A DNA stretch of 48,415 nt from an uncultured bacterium (lineage in GTDB: Bacteria; Acidobacteriota; UBA6911; RPQK01; JADFOI01): NCBI GenBank assembly GCA_965369785.1, contig CBDUTA010000002.1, positions 1 through 48,415 on the forward strand, in the 5' to 3' direction. The translations under genes and the position numbers were made by a program. The stretch's first letter is position 1. Each line of letters begins with the position of its first letter. The notes beneath the pieces were generated by a model, which saw only the letters and a list, made by a program, of their open reading frames with translations, did not search any database and had not been told where the DNA came from. Below, piece after piece: positions 1-9,481 of the stretch.

Positions 1-40
1 ACCCCTTTTTATTTCTGGGTTTTTTGGGCGCCCTGCCGGC

Positions 41-154
41 CCCCCCGACACAAGAAACCTGGGGCCAGCCCACTTTTGAGACACTCTCGGTCGTGCGCCC
101 CCTAGACAAGAAACCTGCAGATCACCCGGTTTTTGAAACCGTCTCACCGACTCT
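41..154 (+). repeat. Two tandem ~56-57-nt direct repeats upstream of the nar promoter; candidate upstream activating sequence
   Basis: The cores ACAAGAAACCTG (50-61 and 106-117) and TTTTGARAC (74-82 and 131-139) recur with a 56-57 nt period. The repeats sit about 70-180 nt upstream of the predicted sigma54 start site. Confidence 0.6.
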
Positions 155-196
155 CCCCTGTCTCTGCGACCACCCAATCGAACGAGCCTTCGCAAT

Positions 197-211
197 TGGC
201 ACGTAAGTTGC
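197..211 (+). promoter_or_regulatory. Sigma54 (-24/-12) promoter, TGGCAC-GTAAG-TTGC
   Basis: The read is TTGGCACGTAAGTTGCT, with GG at 198-199 and GC at 210-211, the canonical 12-nt GG-to-GC offset. It lies 62 nt upstream of the GTG at 274. Confidence 0.65.
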
Positions 212-273
212 TCCCACTAGCATTTCTTGCTGAGTCAAGATAAACAGGTCCGATTATCCGAAAAGACTGGAAA

Positions 274-1161
274 GTGAACCCAACGCTGAAGCTGAACACT
301 CGGAGAGCATCAACGATTCAGAGGATTTCCTGGCTTGGAGTGTGGGCGTTTCTTTTAGCCGCTGTCCTCTCCACCTCTACTATTGCCGTGCTCGGCCAAA
401 CCACCCAAGAGTATTTCACGAAGAACTGTGCGGGCTGCCACACCATCGGGAAGGGACCGCTGATGGGACCGGATTTGAAGGCAGTCTCCCAGCGGCAAAG
501 CAGAGAGTGGCTGGTCAAATGGCTGCTGGATCCGGAGGGCGTGTTGTCCGGTGGCGACCCCTATGCGATGAAACTGCAGAAAGAGTCCCGCGGTGCTTTG
601 ATGCCGCGTTCCCCCGGCATGACCGGGACTCTGGCCGACACCCTGCTGGATTTTATTGATGAGCAGTCGTTAGTGGAGAGCCCCACAACAGCGGATACCG
701 AAGCCCCTGAGGCGCCCCTGCTTTCAGAGGACATCCAAGCAGGCAGGGCGCTTTTTACCGGCAGGCGGCTATTGAAAAATGGAGGTCCCGCTTGTATCGC
801 CTGCCACACTGTGAGTGGACTAGGAGGTCTTGGAGGAGGACGTTTAGGGCCAAATCTGACTCGCTCCTATGCCGGACTTGGAGGGCGCCAGGGGCTTGTG
901 GCCTGGCTGAGTAGCCCCCCCAGCCCGACCATGAACCCCATCTTTCAGGAGCATCCCTTGGAGAAGGATGAGGTGGTATCGATCATGGCCTTTCTCAAGG
1001 ACGAAACTGAACAGGATGAACCGGAAGACTCAACAGCATTGGTGAACTTTCTGCTTTTTGGTATCGCAGGTGCCGTGCTGTTGCTGGCCATTTTCGATCG
1101 CCTCTGGAACAGGCGTTTCAGCGGAGTCCGGCGAGCGATGGTCAGGCAGGCAAATCAATGA
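274..1161 (+). CDS. Membrane-anchored dihaem cytochrome c, NarC-like first gene of the nar cluster
   Basis: There are two CxxCH motifs (NCAGCHT and CIACHT), an N-terminal signal/anchor helix and a C-terminal TM helix ([15 protein letters not shown]). The gene ends 10 nt before narG, matching the architecture of the Thermus narC-narGHJI arrangement. The GTG start is uncertain. Confidence 0.7.
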   Translation: MNPTLKLNTRRASTIQRISWLGVWAFLLAAVLSTSTIAVLGQTTQEYFTKNCAGCHTIGKGPLMGPDLKAVSQRQSREWLVKWLLDPEGVLSGGDPYAMKLQKESRGALMPRSPGMTGTLADTLLDFIDEQSLVESPTTADTEAPEAPLLSEDIQAGRALFTGRRLLKNGGPACIACHTVSGLGGLGGGRLGPNLTRSYAGLGGRQGLVAWLSSPPSPTMNPIFQEHPLEKDEVVSIMAFLKDETEQDEPEDSTALVNFLLFGIAGAVLLLAIFDRLWNRRFSGVRRAMVRQANQ

Positions 1162-1171
1162 GGAGGAATCC

Positions 1172-4100
1172 GTGAGCAAAATCTCGTGGATCAGAGACGA
1201 CGTTGCTCCCGAACAGAGAAGTTGGGAGCAGTTTTACAGAAACCGATGGCAATACGACAAGATTGTCAGAAGCACTCATGGGGTGAATTGTACAGGAGGG
1301 TGCACGTGGAACATTCACGTGAAAGACGGCATTGTCACCTGGGAAATGCAAGGGTTGGATTATCCAAAACTAGAGGCCCGATTACCGCCCTATGAGCCGC
1401 GGGGATGTCAGCGGGGCATTTCCTTCTCCTGGTACTTATACAGCCCACTGCGGGTGAAATATCCTTACGTGCGCGGTGCTCTTATTGACCTGTGGCAGAA
1501 GGCGCGATCGGAGTACGACGATCCGGTGGAGGCCTGGACCTCCCTGGTGGAAAATCCCAAAGCCCGGAAGCGCTGGCAAAAAGCTCGGGGCAAAGGGGGG
1601 TTTCGCAGAGCCTCCTGGGAAACGGTCCTGGAAATCATTGCTGCCTCCACTATCCATACCATCAAGAAACACGGACCGGACAGAATAGCCGGTTTTTCTC
1701 CCATTCCGGCCATGTCCATGCTCAGCTACGCCTCCGGGTCACGTATGTTGCAGCTCATGGGTGGATCGTCACTTTCCTTTTACGACTGGTACTCCGATTT
1801 GCCCAACGCCTCACCCGAGACCTGGGGCGAGCAAACGGATGTCCAGGAATCCGCCGACTGGTTTAACGCCAAGCTATTGGCAGTCATGGGCTCCAACCTG
1901 AACATGACTCGAACGCCCGACTGCCACTTCGCGGCGGAGGCCAGACACAACGGGACCAAAATGTACGTCTTCTCCCCTGATTTTAGTCAGGTCTGCAAGT
2001 TCGCCGACGAGTGGATGTCCATTAATGCGGGGCAGGACGGTGCCTGGTGGATGGCTGTCAATCATGTCCTCTTGAAGGAGTTTCACCATGAGGAGCAGAC
2101 GCCTTACTTTCTCCAGTATGCCAAGAAGTACACCGATTCTCCTTTCCTGGTGGAGCTCAAGAAAGATGGCGAGACTTATGAAGCGGGCCAGTTACTTCGT
2201 GCCAATCGGCTGGGGAAATACGCGGACCAGGAAAATGGGCAGTGGAAATTTCTGGTGTGGGATTCTGGTGAGGGCATTCCCAAGATGCCCTTGGGCAGTG
2301 TAGGTCATCGTTGGGGAAAAGAGAAAGGGAAGTGGAACCTGCTGCTCAAGGATGGAGTCGATGGCAGCAAGATCGATCCCACCCTGAGTTTTCTCCAGGG
2401 GAACGATGGTGAAGTGCTGGTTCGCTTCGATGATTTTGGAGAAGGCAGCAGTGTTGCCCGCGGAGTTCCCGTCAAGGAAATCGAAACCAAAGATGGAACG
2501 GTCACCGTGGCCACCGTCTATGACCTGCTCATGGCTCAATATGGCGTCCCCAGGGGGTTGAAAGGGGAGTATCCGGAGAGCTACGATGACGAAAATGCCC
2601 CCTATACCCCAGCCTGGTCGGAGAAGTATACGGGTCTGTCCCGCGACGATCTGCTGAGATTTGCCCGGCAGTGGGCGGTGACCGCTAAACACACCAACGG
2701 AAAGTGTACGGTCATTATCGGGGCTGGAATCAACCACTGGTATCACGCCAACCTGATGTACCGAGCCGCCATTCAGGCCCTGCTTTTCACTGGTTGTGTG
2801 GGGGTCAATGGTGGAGGATTAGCACATTACGTGGGACAGGAAAAACTGGCACCTGCTGAGCCCTGGGGGGCAATCGCCTTCGCCAAAGACTGGATCTCCT
2901 CGCCGCGTTTGCAAAACGCTCCCAGCTGGCATTATGTAAATACGGACCAGTGGCGCTACGAAAAGGCCTTTACCGATTATCATACGGTTCCACAGAAGCA
3001 GCCTGAGAACTCGTTGGCCCGCGGCCACACCATGGATACCCAGATCCGTGCCGTCCGTAACGGCTGGATGCCCTTCTATCCCCAATTTCAGAAAAGTTCT
3101 CTCGCTCTTGCACAGGAAGCCATTGAGGCTACGGGTTCAAGTGAGGCGAAGGACATCATCGACTATATCGTCCAGCAGCTGAAAAGCAGAAAGCTCAAAT
3201 TTTCGGTGGAAGATCCCGATTCTCCGGACAACTGGCCGCGCATCTGGTTTATCTGGCGCGGCAATGCATTGATGTCCAGTGCCAAAGGACATGAGTATTT
3301 TCTGAAACATTATCTGGGTACTCACACCAATGCCATCGCCGACAGCGAGTTTGCAAGGGAGACGGTCAAGGAAGTGACCTGGCACGACAAAGTCCCTGAG
3401 GGAAAGATGGATCTGGTGGTGGATCTGAACTTTCGCATGGATACCTCCGCACTGTATTCAGACATTGTTTTGCCTGCCGCAACCTGGTACGAGAAGGCGG
3501 ATCTGAATACCACCGATCTTCACAGTTTTATCCACCCGCTATCCCCCGCCGTTCCGCCTTGCTGGGAGTCAAAGAGTGACTGGGACATTTTCAAAGCCAT
3601 TGCCCAGAAGTTCTCCCAACTGGCGGAAAAACACTTTCCAGAACCGGTCCCCGATATTGTCACCATGCCGCTGGCTCATGACACGCCCGCCGAGATTGCC
3701 CAGCCGGAGATCGAAGACTGGATTACAGGGGAGGTGGAGGCCATTCCGGGGAAAACCATGCCCGGTATGGAGTTGGTCTATCGCGATTATCGAAATCTAT
3801 ACAACCAGTTTATCGCCTTCGGTCCACTGGCACGAAAAAACGGGATTGGAGCGCACGGCACACACTATGACATCGACGATTTCTACGACAAGCTCGTGGA
3901 AACCGGTCCCACGGTCCAGTGGAATGGCAGTCACTACCCTTCCCTTCGGGAGGCTGAAGAGGCCTGCGACGTCGTCCTCTGCCTGGCCACCGTCACCAAT
4001 GGGGAACTGGCCTATCGATCGTACAAGAACATGGAGGAGAAAGTGGGACTGCCCCTGGGTGATCTGGCTGAGAAGTCCCGCGACATCCGGGTCAATTTCC

Positions 4101-4810
4101 AGGACATCCAGGCCCAGCCCCGACGGTTTTTGAACAGCCCTATGTGGTCGGGACTGCTGACCGACGGAAGGGCCTACTCACCGTTCACCTACAACGTGGA
4201 GAAACAGGGTCCCTGGAGAACCCTGACTGGAAGGCAACACCTTTATCTGGACCATCCCGGGTATCTTCAGTTCGGCGAGCATCTGCCCACCTACAAGCCC
4301 AAACCCACCCCTTCTCAATATGCAGATTTGGTCTTCACCAAAGAAGAGACCCAATCGATGATGTTGAATTATCTTACACCGCACGGGAAATGGCACATCC
4401 ATTCCACCTTTAGCGACAACCACCGGATGACGACCCTCTCCCGGGGCGTTGAACCGCTTTGGATCAATCACAAGGACGCAGAGGAGTTGGACATAAACGA
4501 CAACGATTGGGTTGAAGTCTACAATGACCACGGCGTCGTCGTCACCCGGGCCTGCGTGAGTGCGCGCATTCCCCGGGGAATTTGCATTCAATACCATGCT
4601 CCTGAACGCACCCTCTCTGTCCCCAAGTCACCTTTGAGAGGGAATCGTCGTGCCGGGGGCCACAACAGTCTCACCAGAGCACGCCTCAAACCCAACTTTC
4701 TGATTGGTGGTTATGGGCAATTCACCTACAGCTTTAATTACTGGGGCCCGACTGGGTGCAACCGGGATACCCACATTCTGGTCAGAAAACTTCCGGCTCT
4801 GAAGTGGTAG
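1172..4810 (+). CDS. narG: Respiratory nitrate reductase alpha subunit
   Basis: GTG 1172 is preceded by AGGAGG at 1161-1166. The N-terminus [22 protein letters not shown] carries the NarG H-x3-C-x3-C FS0 motif. The product is 1212 aa with no twin-arginine signal. The ORF-track start at 1058 is an upstream extension overlapping the previous gene. Confidence 0.97.
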   Translation: MSKISWIRDDVAPEQRSWEQFYRNRWQYDKIVRSTHGVNCTGGCTWNIHVKDGIVTWEMQGLDYPKLEARLPPYEPRGCQRGISFSWYLYSPLRVKYPYVRGALIDLWQKARSEYDDPVEAWTSLVENPKARKRWQKARGKGGFRRASWETVLEIIAASTIHTIKKHGPDRIAGFSPIPAMSMLSYASGSRMLQLMGGSSLSFYDWYSDLPNASPETWGEQTDVQESADWFNAKLLAVMGSNLNMTRTPDCHFAAEARHNGTKMYVFSPDFSQVCKFADEWMSINAGQDGAWWMAVNHVLLKEFHHEEQTPYFLQYAKKYTDSPFLVELKKDGETYEAGQLLRANRLGKYADQENGQWKFLVWDSGEGIPKMPLGSVGHRWGKEKGKWNLLLKDGVDGSKIDPTLSFLQGNDGEVLVRFDDFGEGSSVARGVPVKEIETKDGTVTVATVYDLLMAQYGVPRGLKGEYPESYDDENAPYTPAWSEKYTGLSRDDLLRFARQWAVTAKHTNGKCTVIIGAGINHWYHANLMYRAAIQALLFTGCVGVNGGGLAHYVGQEKLAPAEPWGAIAFAKDWISSPRLQNAPSWHYVNTDQWRYEKAFTDYHTVPQKQPENSLARGHTMDTQIRAVRNGWMPFYPQFQKSSLALAQEAIEATGSSEAKDIIDYIVQQLKSRKLKFSVEDPDSPDNWPRIWFIWRGNALMSSAKGHEYFLKHYLGTHTNAIADSEFARETVKEVTWHDKVPEGKMDLVVDLNFRMDTSALYSDIVLPAATWYEKADLNTTDLHSFIHPLSPAVPPCWESKSDWDIFKAIAQKFSQLAEKHFPEPVPDIVTMPLAHDTPAEIAQPEIEDWITGEVEAIPGKTMPGMELVYRDYRNLYNQFIAFGPLARKNGIGAHGTHYDIDDFYDKLVETGPTVQWNGSHYPSLREAEEACDVVLCLATVTNGELAYRSYKNMEEKVGLPLGDLAEKSRDIRVNFQDIQAQPRRFLNSPMWSGLLTDGRAYSPFTYNVEKQGPWRTLTGRQHLYLDHPGYLQFGEHLPTYKPKPTPSQYADLVFTKEETQSMMLNYLTPHGKWHIHSTFSDNHRMTTLSRGVEPLWINHKDAEELDINDNDWVEVYNDHGVVVTRACVSARIPRGICIQYHAPERTLSVPKSPLRGNRRAGGHNSLTRARLKPNFLIGGYGQFTYSFNYWGPTGCNRDTHILVRKLPALKW

Positions 4811-4834
4811 ATATGAGAATTGGAGTGTCGTGAC

Positions 4835-6325
4835 ATGGATATCAGATCACAAATTTCTATGGTCTTCCATCTGGATAAATGTATCGGCTGCCACACCTGC
4901 ACCGTCGCCTGCAAGAATATCTGGACGGACCGAAAAGGGACCGAGTACATGAATTGGAACAACGTCGAGACCAAACCAGGCACCGGTTTTCCGACCAAGT
5001 GGGAGGATCAGGAACAGTACAAGGGTGGTTGGGAAAACAAAAATGACAAGCTGGAACTCAAGTCCACCAGCAAAGAGAAATTGGTCTTCAATATCTTCCA
5101 TCACCCTAACATGCCCAGTATGGATGATTACTACGAACCTTGGACCTATAAGTACGATGACCTCTTGAACGCTCCGGAGGGAGACGATCAACCCACGGCC
5201 ATACCGGTCTCCATGATCACGAACGAGTACATAGACATCGAGTCCGGACCCAATTGGGATGACGACTTAGGGGGGTCTCCTATCTACGCAAAGAACGATC
5301 CGAATCTGGATGTTCTGACAGCCGAGCAGCGAGACCAGCTAAACGCTGTGGAGCGTCTGGTCATGTTCTACCTGCCGCGCATCTGCAATCACTGCCTGAA
5401 TCCCTCCTGCGTGGCCGCTTGTCCTTCCGGGGCTCTCTACAAAAGAGGAGAGGACGGTATCGTACTCATCGATCAGGAGCGCTGCCGGGGATGGCGTTCC
5501 TGTGTTGCTGCCTGCCCCTATAAGAAAATCTATTACAACTGGTCAACCGGAAAATCGGAAAAATGCATTCTCTGTTTTCCCCGACTTGAATCGGGTCAGG
5601 CTCCCGCCTGCTTTCACTCCTGTGTGGGGCGCATTCGCTATCTGGGCGTGCTTCTGTACGATGCGGAACAAATGGAGGAGGTGGCCAAGAAGCCGGATGC
5701 TGAATTGGTGGAGGCCCATCGCGGCATGATTTTGGATCCCTTCGATCCGGAAGTGATCAGAGCAGCTGGGGAGAACGGCATCCACGAAGATGTGATCCGG
5801 TCCGCACAAAAATCTCCCGTCTACAAGTTCGTCAAGGAATGGAAAATCGCCCTGCCACCGCATGCTGAGTACCGCACGCTTCCCATGCTCTTTTATGTGC
5901 CGGCCATGCTGCCCGTCATGTCCAGCTTCGACGGCAAGACAGTAAAGAATTTGACGGAAGGAATCTTCCCTGACTTTGAAAAGGCACGCGTTCCCATCGA
6001 GTACCTGGCTAACCTTTTCTCCGCAGGAAATCAAGGCATCCTGCGTTACGTCCTCAAAAAACAGATGGCGGTGAGAACTTATCGACGCGCGGTGACGGTG
6101 GGTGATGTGGAGATGGAGGTGGCACAGAGAATGTTGCTTGAAGCGGATTGTTCTCCTGAGGAAGCAGAGGCCATCTACCGCCTTACTGCACTGTGTAGCT
6201 TTGATGACCGTTTCGTGATTCCTCCGGCCCACCGCGAGGAAGCGATCGAGATGATGCGTGATCCTTTGGAACACAAGCAGTCGGTGGGCTTTGGCTTTCG
6301 TGATGAACCGCAGCGGGGGGCTTAG
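4835..6325 (+). CDS. narH: Respiratory nitrate reductase beta (Fe-S) subunit
   Basis: The N-terminus MDIRSQISMVFHLDKCIGCHTCTVACKN is classic NarH, and several ferredoxin-type Cys clusters follow. GGAG lies 9 nt upstream of ATG 4835. Confidence 0.97.
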   Translation: MDIRSQISMVFHLDKCIGCHTCTVACKNIWTDRKGTEYMNWNNVETKPGTGFPTKWEDQEQYKGGWENKNDKLELKSTSKEKLVFNIFHHPNMPSMDDYYEPWTYKYDDLLNAPEGDDQPTAIPVSMITNEYIDIESGPNWDDDLGGSPIYAKNDPNLDVLTAEQRDQLNAVERLVMFYLPRICNHCLNPSCVAACPSGALYKRGEDGIVLIDQERCRGWRSCVAACPYKKIYYNWSTGKSEKCILCFPRLESGQAPACFHSCVGRIRYLGVLLYDAEQMEEVAKKPDAELVEAHRGMILDPFDPEVIRAAGENGIHEDVIRSAQKSPVYKFVKEWKIALPPHAEYRTLPMLFYVPAMLPVMSSFDGKTVKNLTEGIFPDFEKARVPIEYLANLFSAGNQGILRYVLKKQMAVRTYRRAVTVGDVEMEVAQRMLLEADCSPEEAEAIYRLTALCSFDDRFVIPPAHREEAIEMMRDPLEHKQSVGFGFRDEPQRGA

Positions 6326-6595
6326 TGTCTCGTCCCATGAATACCATGATGTTTGCTGATGGGGCTTGCGAGGGGAGGTCAAGGAGCGAGGAGGAGGCGA
6401 TGCAGGGACATCGGCGACGACGAGCGACACAGAGATCGTCCGCAACCTCCATCAGCCCGAAGGGTGGCGGCGGGACGGCATCGATTTCTTTGTCGCTCCT
6501 CCTCCACGATGCACAGACATCGCGTCGTCGTCGCTTCGCGAACTCGACGCCGTCGCGCTCGCCACAAACGTCACCGTATTTATGGAACGAGACAC
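6325..6595. mobile_element. 271-bp non-autonomous element (MITE family A) with 19-bp imperfect terminal inverted repeats and a TA target-site duplication
   Basis: The left end is GTGTCTCGTCCCATGAATA (6325-6343). The right end is TATTTATGGAACGAGACAC (6577-6595), whose reverse complement GTGTCTCGTTCCATAAATA matches 17 of 19 positions. TA flanks both ends (6323-6324 and 6596-6597). No protein-like ORF lies inside. Confidence 0.75.
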
Positions 6596-6607
6596 TAACT
6601 AGAGAAA

Positions 6608-7153
6608 ATGTACATTCATTTAGCTCATTTACTCAGTTATCCGGACAGTCGGTACAAGCAGTACCTGGATGATTTGATCCAGTCATTAGGGTCGGATCTG
6701 GCTACCACTCGGAAGTTGGAGCCCTTTTCGGACTTCATCAACCAAAGCGAAATCAAGGTTGTGGAGGAGCTGTTTACCAGGACCTTTGATATGAATCCCG
6801 CCACCTGTCTGGAGGTGGGCTGGCACCTCTATGGTGAAGATTACAAGAGGGGAGAGTTCCTTGCAAAAATGCGTCGGGCGCTGGTCCAAGAAAAGGTGGC
6901 GGAATCGGTGGAGCTTCCCGATCACATGAGTCACTGTCTGAAGCTGCTGGCGAACCTGGAACTCCATGAAGCAAGGGGCTTTGCTCAAGAGTATCTCTTG
7001 CCGTCAATTTCAAAAATCCTGGAGGGCCTGGAACAGGACAATCCCTTTCGATACCCCATTGACGCGTTAAAGAGCCTGTTGGTGAATCGGCTTGGAGCCG
7101 ACCCCACAGCAAAGGAAAACACACGGTTGTACGACCTGGAAGGTGTTGGATAG
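6608..7153 (+). CDS. narJ: Nitrate reductase molybdenum-cofactor assembly chaperone (delta subunit)
   Basis: A 181-aa acidic helical protein sits between narH and narI. It has TorD/NarJ-like segments (FTRTFDMNPATCLEVGWHLYGEDYKRGEFLAKMR, ELPDHMSHCLKLL). Confidence 0.8.
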   Translation: MYIHLAHLLSYPDSRYKQYLDDLIQSLGSDLATTRKLEPFSDFINQSEIKVVEELFTRTFDMNPATCLEVGWHLYGEDYKRGEFLAKMRRALVQEKVAESVELPDHMSHCLKLLANLELHEARGFAQEYLLPSISKILEGLEQDNPFRYPIDALKSLLVNRLGADPTAKENTRLYDLEGVG

Positions 7154-7162
7154 GTAAGTGTT

Positions 7163-7906
7163 ATGACTGAAGCATTGACAACCCTCGATTACTTCAATGT
7201 GGCTTGTTTTACCGCTTTGCCCTACGTGGCAGTGTTTGTGTTTTTCCTGATCACCATTCAACGCTATTCCAACCGTGGCTTTACCTATTCCAGTCTTTCT
7301 TCGCAGTTTCTGGAGAACAGAATCCATTTCTGGGCACTGGTTCCCTTTCATTACGGGATCCTGCTGGTTCTCACCGGCCACGTGGTGGGGTTCTTGATTC
7401 CCCGGCAGGTCATGATTTGGAATAGTCAGCCTCTCAGATTGTATGTGCTGGAGGTCTCGGCATTTATCGGGGCTATTTTCACTTTGGTGGGTCTTGTGAA
7501 CATCCTGATTCGCAGATTAACCAACGCCAAAGCCTACATGGTGACCAGTCCCGCGGACTGGATGGTGATCGGAATCCTGATTTTTCAAGTGGGAACGGGA
7601 ACTTACACCGCGATCTTCCATAGCTGGGGCAGCTTCTGGTTTGCTTCCTCTCTTTCTCCTTATTTGTGGTCCGTTTTGACACTCAACCCGGACATCTCCT
7701 TCGTGACACCCCTGCCCGTAATGGTGAAGCTTCACATCATCGGGGCTTTTACCATTATCCTGCTCTTTCCCTTTACGCGGCTGGTGCACATTCTGGTGGT
7801 TCCGAACCCCTATCTGTGGAGAAAACCGCAACTGGTCCGCTGGTATTGGGACAGGAAAGCCATTCGAAGAACCAGCTTTCAAATCAAAAACAAAACTTCC
7901 ATGTGA
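7163..7906 (+). CDS. narI: Respiratory nitrate reductase gamma (dihaem cytochrome b) subunit
   Basis: A polytopic membrane protein of 247 aa carries the two His pairs expected for NarI haem ligation (FHYGILLVLTGH and KLHIIGAFTIILLFPFTRLVH). Confidence 0.9.
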   Translation: MTEALTTLDYFNVACFTALPYVAVFVFFLITIQRYSNRGFTYSSLSSQFLENRIHFWALVPFHYGILLVLTGHVVGFLIPRQVMIWNSQPLRLYVLEVSAFIGAIFTLVGLVNILIRRLTNAKAYMVTSPADWMVIGILIFQVGTGTYTAIFHSWGSFWFASSLSPYLWSVLTLNPDISFVTPLPVMVKLHIIGAFTIILLFPFTRLVHILVVPNPYLWRKPQLVRWYWDRKAIRRTSFQIKNKTSM

Positions 7907-7930
7907 AAGAAGCTCGGAGATTTCCAAGGA

Positions 7931-9481
7931 ATGACAGCCGACAAAAGGCCGATAACAGTACTGACCATGAACACCCTTGCCTTCACGGTGTGCTTTGCCG
8001 TGTGGATGATGAACGGCGTATTGGTTACCTTTCTGGTCGACAACTCCGTATATCCATGGACGAGTTCCCAGATGGGATGGTTGATCGGCATACCCGTATT
8101 GACCGGTTCCGTTTTTCGTCTGCCCGTAGGCATCCTGACGGACCGGTATGGTGGCCGCATCGTCTACACGATTCTCATGACAGTAGCGGCGGTGGCAACC
8201 TATTTGTTGAGTTTTGCCGATTCCTACGGGGAATTCCTTGTTGCAAGCCTGGGATTTGGAATCAGTGGTGCGTCGTTTGCTGTGGGCATCGCCTACACTT
8301 CAGTCTGGTTCTCACGGAAGCATCAGGGTACGGCACTTGGGATCTTCGGTGCCGGTAATGCGGGGGCTGCCCTCACCGCCATTGGGGCACCGCACCTGCT
8401 TACCTATCTGACAGACAGCGGTTCGAACCTGGAAGGATGGCGTAACATGCCCGCACTCTACGCCCTGGTTCTGTTTGTCATGGCTGTGGTGTTCTATCTG
8501 ACTACCCATTCCAGACGAGTGGAAAGCGCCCAGGTGAAATCTCTGGCTGAACGTCTGGCTCCTCTCAAGAAGATGCAGGTCTGGCGCTTTGGTCTCTATT
8601 ACTTTCTGGTTTTCGGCGGATTTGTGGCTCTTTCCCAGTGGTTGATCCCCTATTACGTGAACGTTTATGTCATGACCGTGGGGATGGCGGGGTTCATGAG
8701 CTCGATTTTCAGTCTCCCTTCAGGATTGATTCGCGCCGCCGGCGGCTGGCTGTCTGACAGGTGGGGACCGCGTCCCATCATGTACTTGGTGTTGAGTTCC
8801 TGCGCCATAGCCTGTGGCCTGTTAGTCATCCCCAGGATGGTGGTGGAGTCTCCCGGTGAAGGAGTCATGGCCAGGAACTCAGGAATCGTGACCGAACTGA
8901 CCACTGATCGGATTGTTGTGGATGAGAGGACCTACCCTTATATCAGTAAGAGTACAGTCAATTCGTACACAGACCTGTCTGCTGTGGAAGTCGATGTGAT
9001 CGTGCTCCCACAAACCACCTTCTGGCAGGAACCTCAGGTAAAGCTGGGAGACTCGGTCAGCAAAAGACAACTGCTGGCCCGGGGCGTGACGCATATCTTC
9101 TTCCAGGCCAATGTCTGGATTTTCACAGTCCTGATTTTCATCGTGGGAATCATGATGGGAATCGGAAAGGCGGCCGTGTACAAATTCATCCCCGACTACT
9201 TCCCGGAGGATGTGGGGGTGGTGGGTGGCATGGTGGGGGTGGTCGGTGGCCTGGGCGGGTTCGTGTGTCCAGTCCTTTTCGGATATCTGTTGGGCAGCAC
9301 AGGAATTTGGACCACCTGCTGGATGTTCTTTTTCCTCCTCTCCGTAGGTTGTCTGGTGTGGCTGCATGTGGTGATTCGCCAGATGATGAAGACCAGGGTT
9401 CCTGATCTGCTGCGCGAGATTGAGGAGGGTATCGGCACATCCAACTTTTCGCCGGAACTTGGAGAAGCAGAACATGGCTAA
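7931..9481 (+). CDS. narK: NarK-type MFS nitrate/nitrite transporter with an ~89-aa extra-membrane insertion
   Basis: The hydrophobicity pattern is a 12-TM MFS, with Gly-rich NNP-like helices (GGMVGVVGGLGGFVCPVLFG). It lies directly downstream of narI. The insertion is at about 8840-9106. Confidence 0.8.
   Translation: MTADKRPITVLTMNTLAFTVCFAVWMMNGVLVTFLVDNSVYPWTSSQMGWLIGIPVLTGSVFRLPVGILTDRYGGRIVYTILMTVAAVATYLLSFADSYGEFLVASLGFGISGASFAVGIAYTSVWFSRKHQGTALGIFGAGNAGAALTAIGAPHLLTYLTDSGSNLEGWRNMPALYALVLFVMAVVFYLTTHSRRVESAQVKSLAERLAPLKKMQVWRFGLYYFLVFGGFVALSQWLIPYYVNVYVMTVGMAGFMSSIFSLPSGLIRAAGGWLSDRWGPRPIMYLVLSSCAIACGLLVIPRMVVESPGEGVMARNSGIVTELTTDRIVVDERTYPYISKSTVNSYTDLSAVEVDVIVLPQTTFWQEPQVKLGDSVSKRQLLARGVTHIFFQANVWIFTVLIFIVGIMMGIGKAAVYKFIPDYFPEDVGVVGGMVGVVGGLGGFVCPVLFGYLLGSTGIWTTCWMFFFLLSVGCLVWLHVVIRQMMKTRVPDLLREIEEGIGTSNFSPELGEAEHG

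Noticed and set aside
1-30. T-rich run (CCCCTTTTTATTTCTGGGTTTTTTGGG) at the window edge, considered as the tail of an upstream terminator
   Set aside because: The stem that would precede it lies outside the window, so the call cannot be supported.
24-206. 60-aa ORF at the window start with an internal peptide repeat (PPTQETWGQPTFETLS / PLDKKPADHPVFETVS)
   Set aside because: The peptide repeat simply mirrors the 56-nt DNA direct repeat. There is no RBS, the composition is Pro-rich and low in complexity, and the ORF runs into the sigma54 promoter. I treat it as regulatory DNA rather than a gene.
225-240. Inverted repeat TCTTG-N6-CAAGA (contains TTGCTGAGTCAA), considered as an FNR/DNR box for nar
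   Set aside because: The half-site spacing is 2 nt shorter than TTGAT-N4-ATCAA. The repeat also lies downstream of the predicted sigma54 start site, so it is more likely a small 5'-UTR stem-loop or chance.
1058-1171. Upstream extension of the narG ORF, which starts at 1058 in the ORF track
   Set aside because: It overlaps the 3' end of the cytochrome c gene. The conserved NarG N-terminus begins at GTG 1172, which has a perfect AGGAGG 5 nt upstream. The same logic was applied to the extended starts listed for narH, narK2, actB, actE, fliO, flgA, flgI and pseB.
5543-6445. 300-aa antisense ORF opposite the 3' half of narH
   Set aside because: It starts inside the MITE and its translation is not protein-like (rich in His, Arg and Leu, with no motifs). 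Long antisense ORFs opposite strongly conserved genes are a common frame artefact. The same applies to the antisense ORFs 2192-2746, 8879-9475, 13439-14050, 37389-37886, 38936-39451, 41994-42515 and 45191-45778.
6325-6672. Four overlapping ORFs on both strands (6325-6672, 6353-6598, 6366-6602 on +; 6379-6567 on -) between narH and narJ
   Set aside because: They are open in several frames because the MITE interior is made of GAG/GAC/CTC/GTC triplet runs. The translations are Arg/Ser/Asp low-complexity strings with no protein-like features.
7945-7952. Perfect GCCGATAA (sigma28 -10 consensus) near the start of the first narK gene
   Set aside because: No TAAA-type -35 element lies at the required distance. 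The site is inside coding sequence (codons for KRPIT) of a non-flagellar gene, so it is most likely chance.
8346-8361. Near-matches to the sigma54 -24/-12 pattern inside coding regions (GGGCAC-N6-CTGC at ~8346, TGGGCAC..TGGC at ~16608, GGGCAC..TCGC at ~31604)
   Set aside because: Each deviates at invariant GG/GC-adjacent positions and lies deep inside a gene with no downstream start codon in context. I treat them as background.
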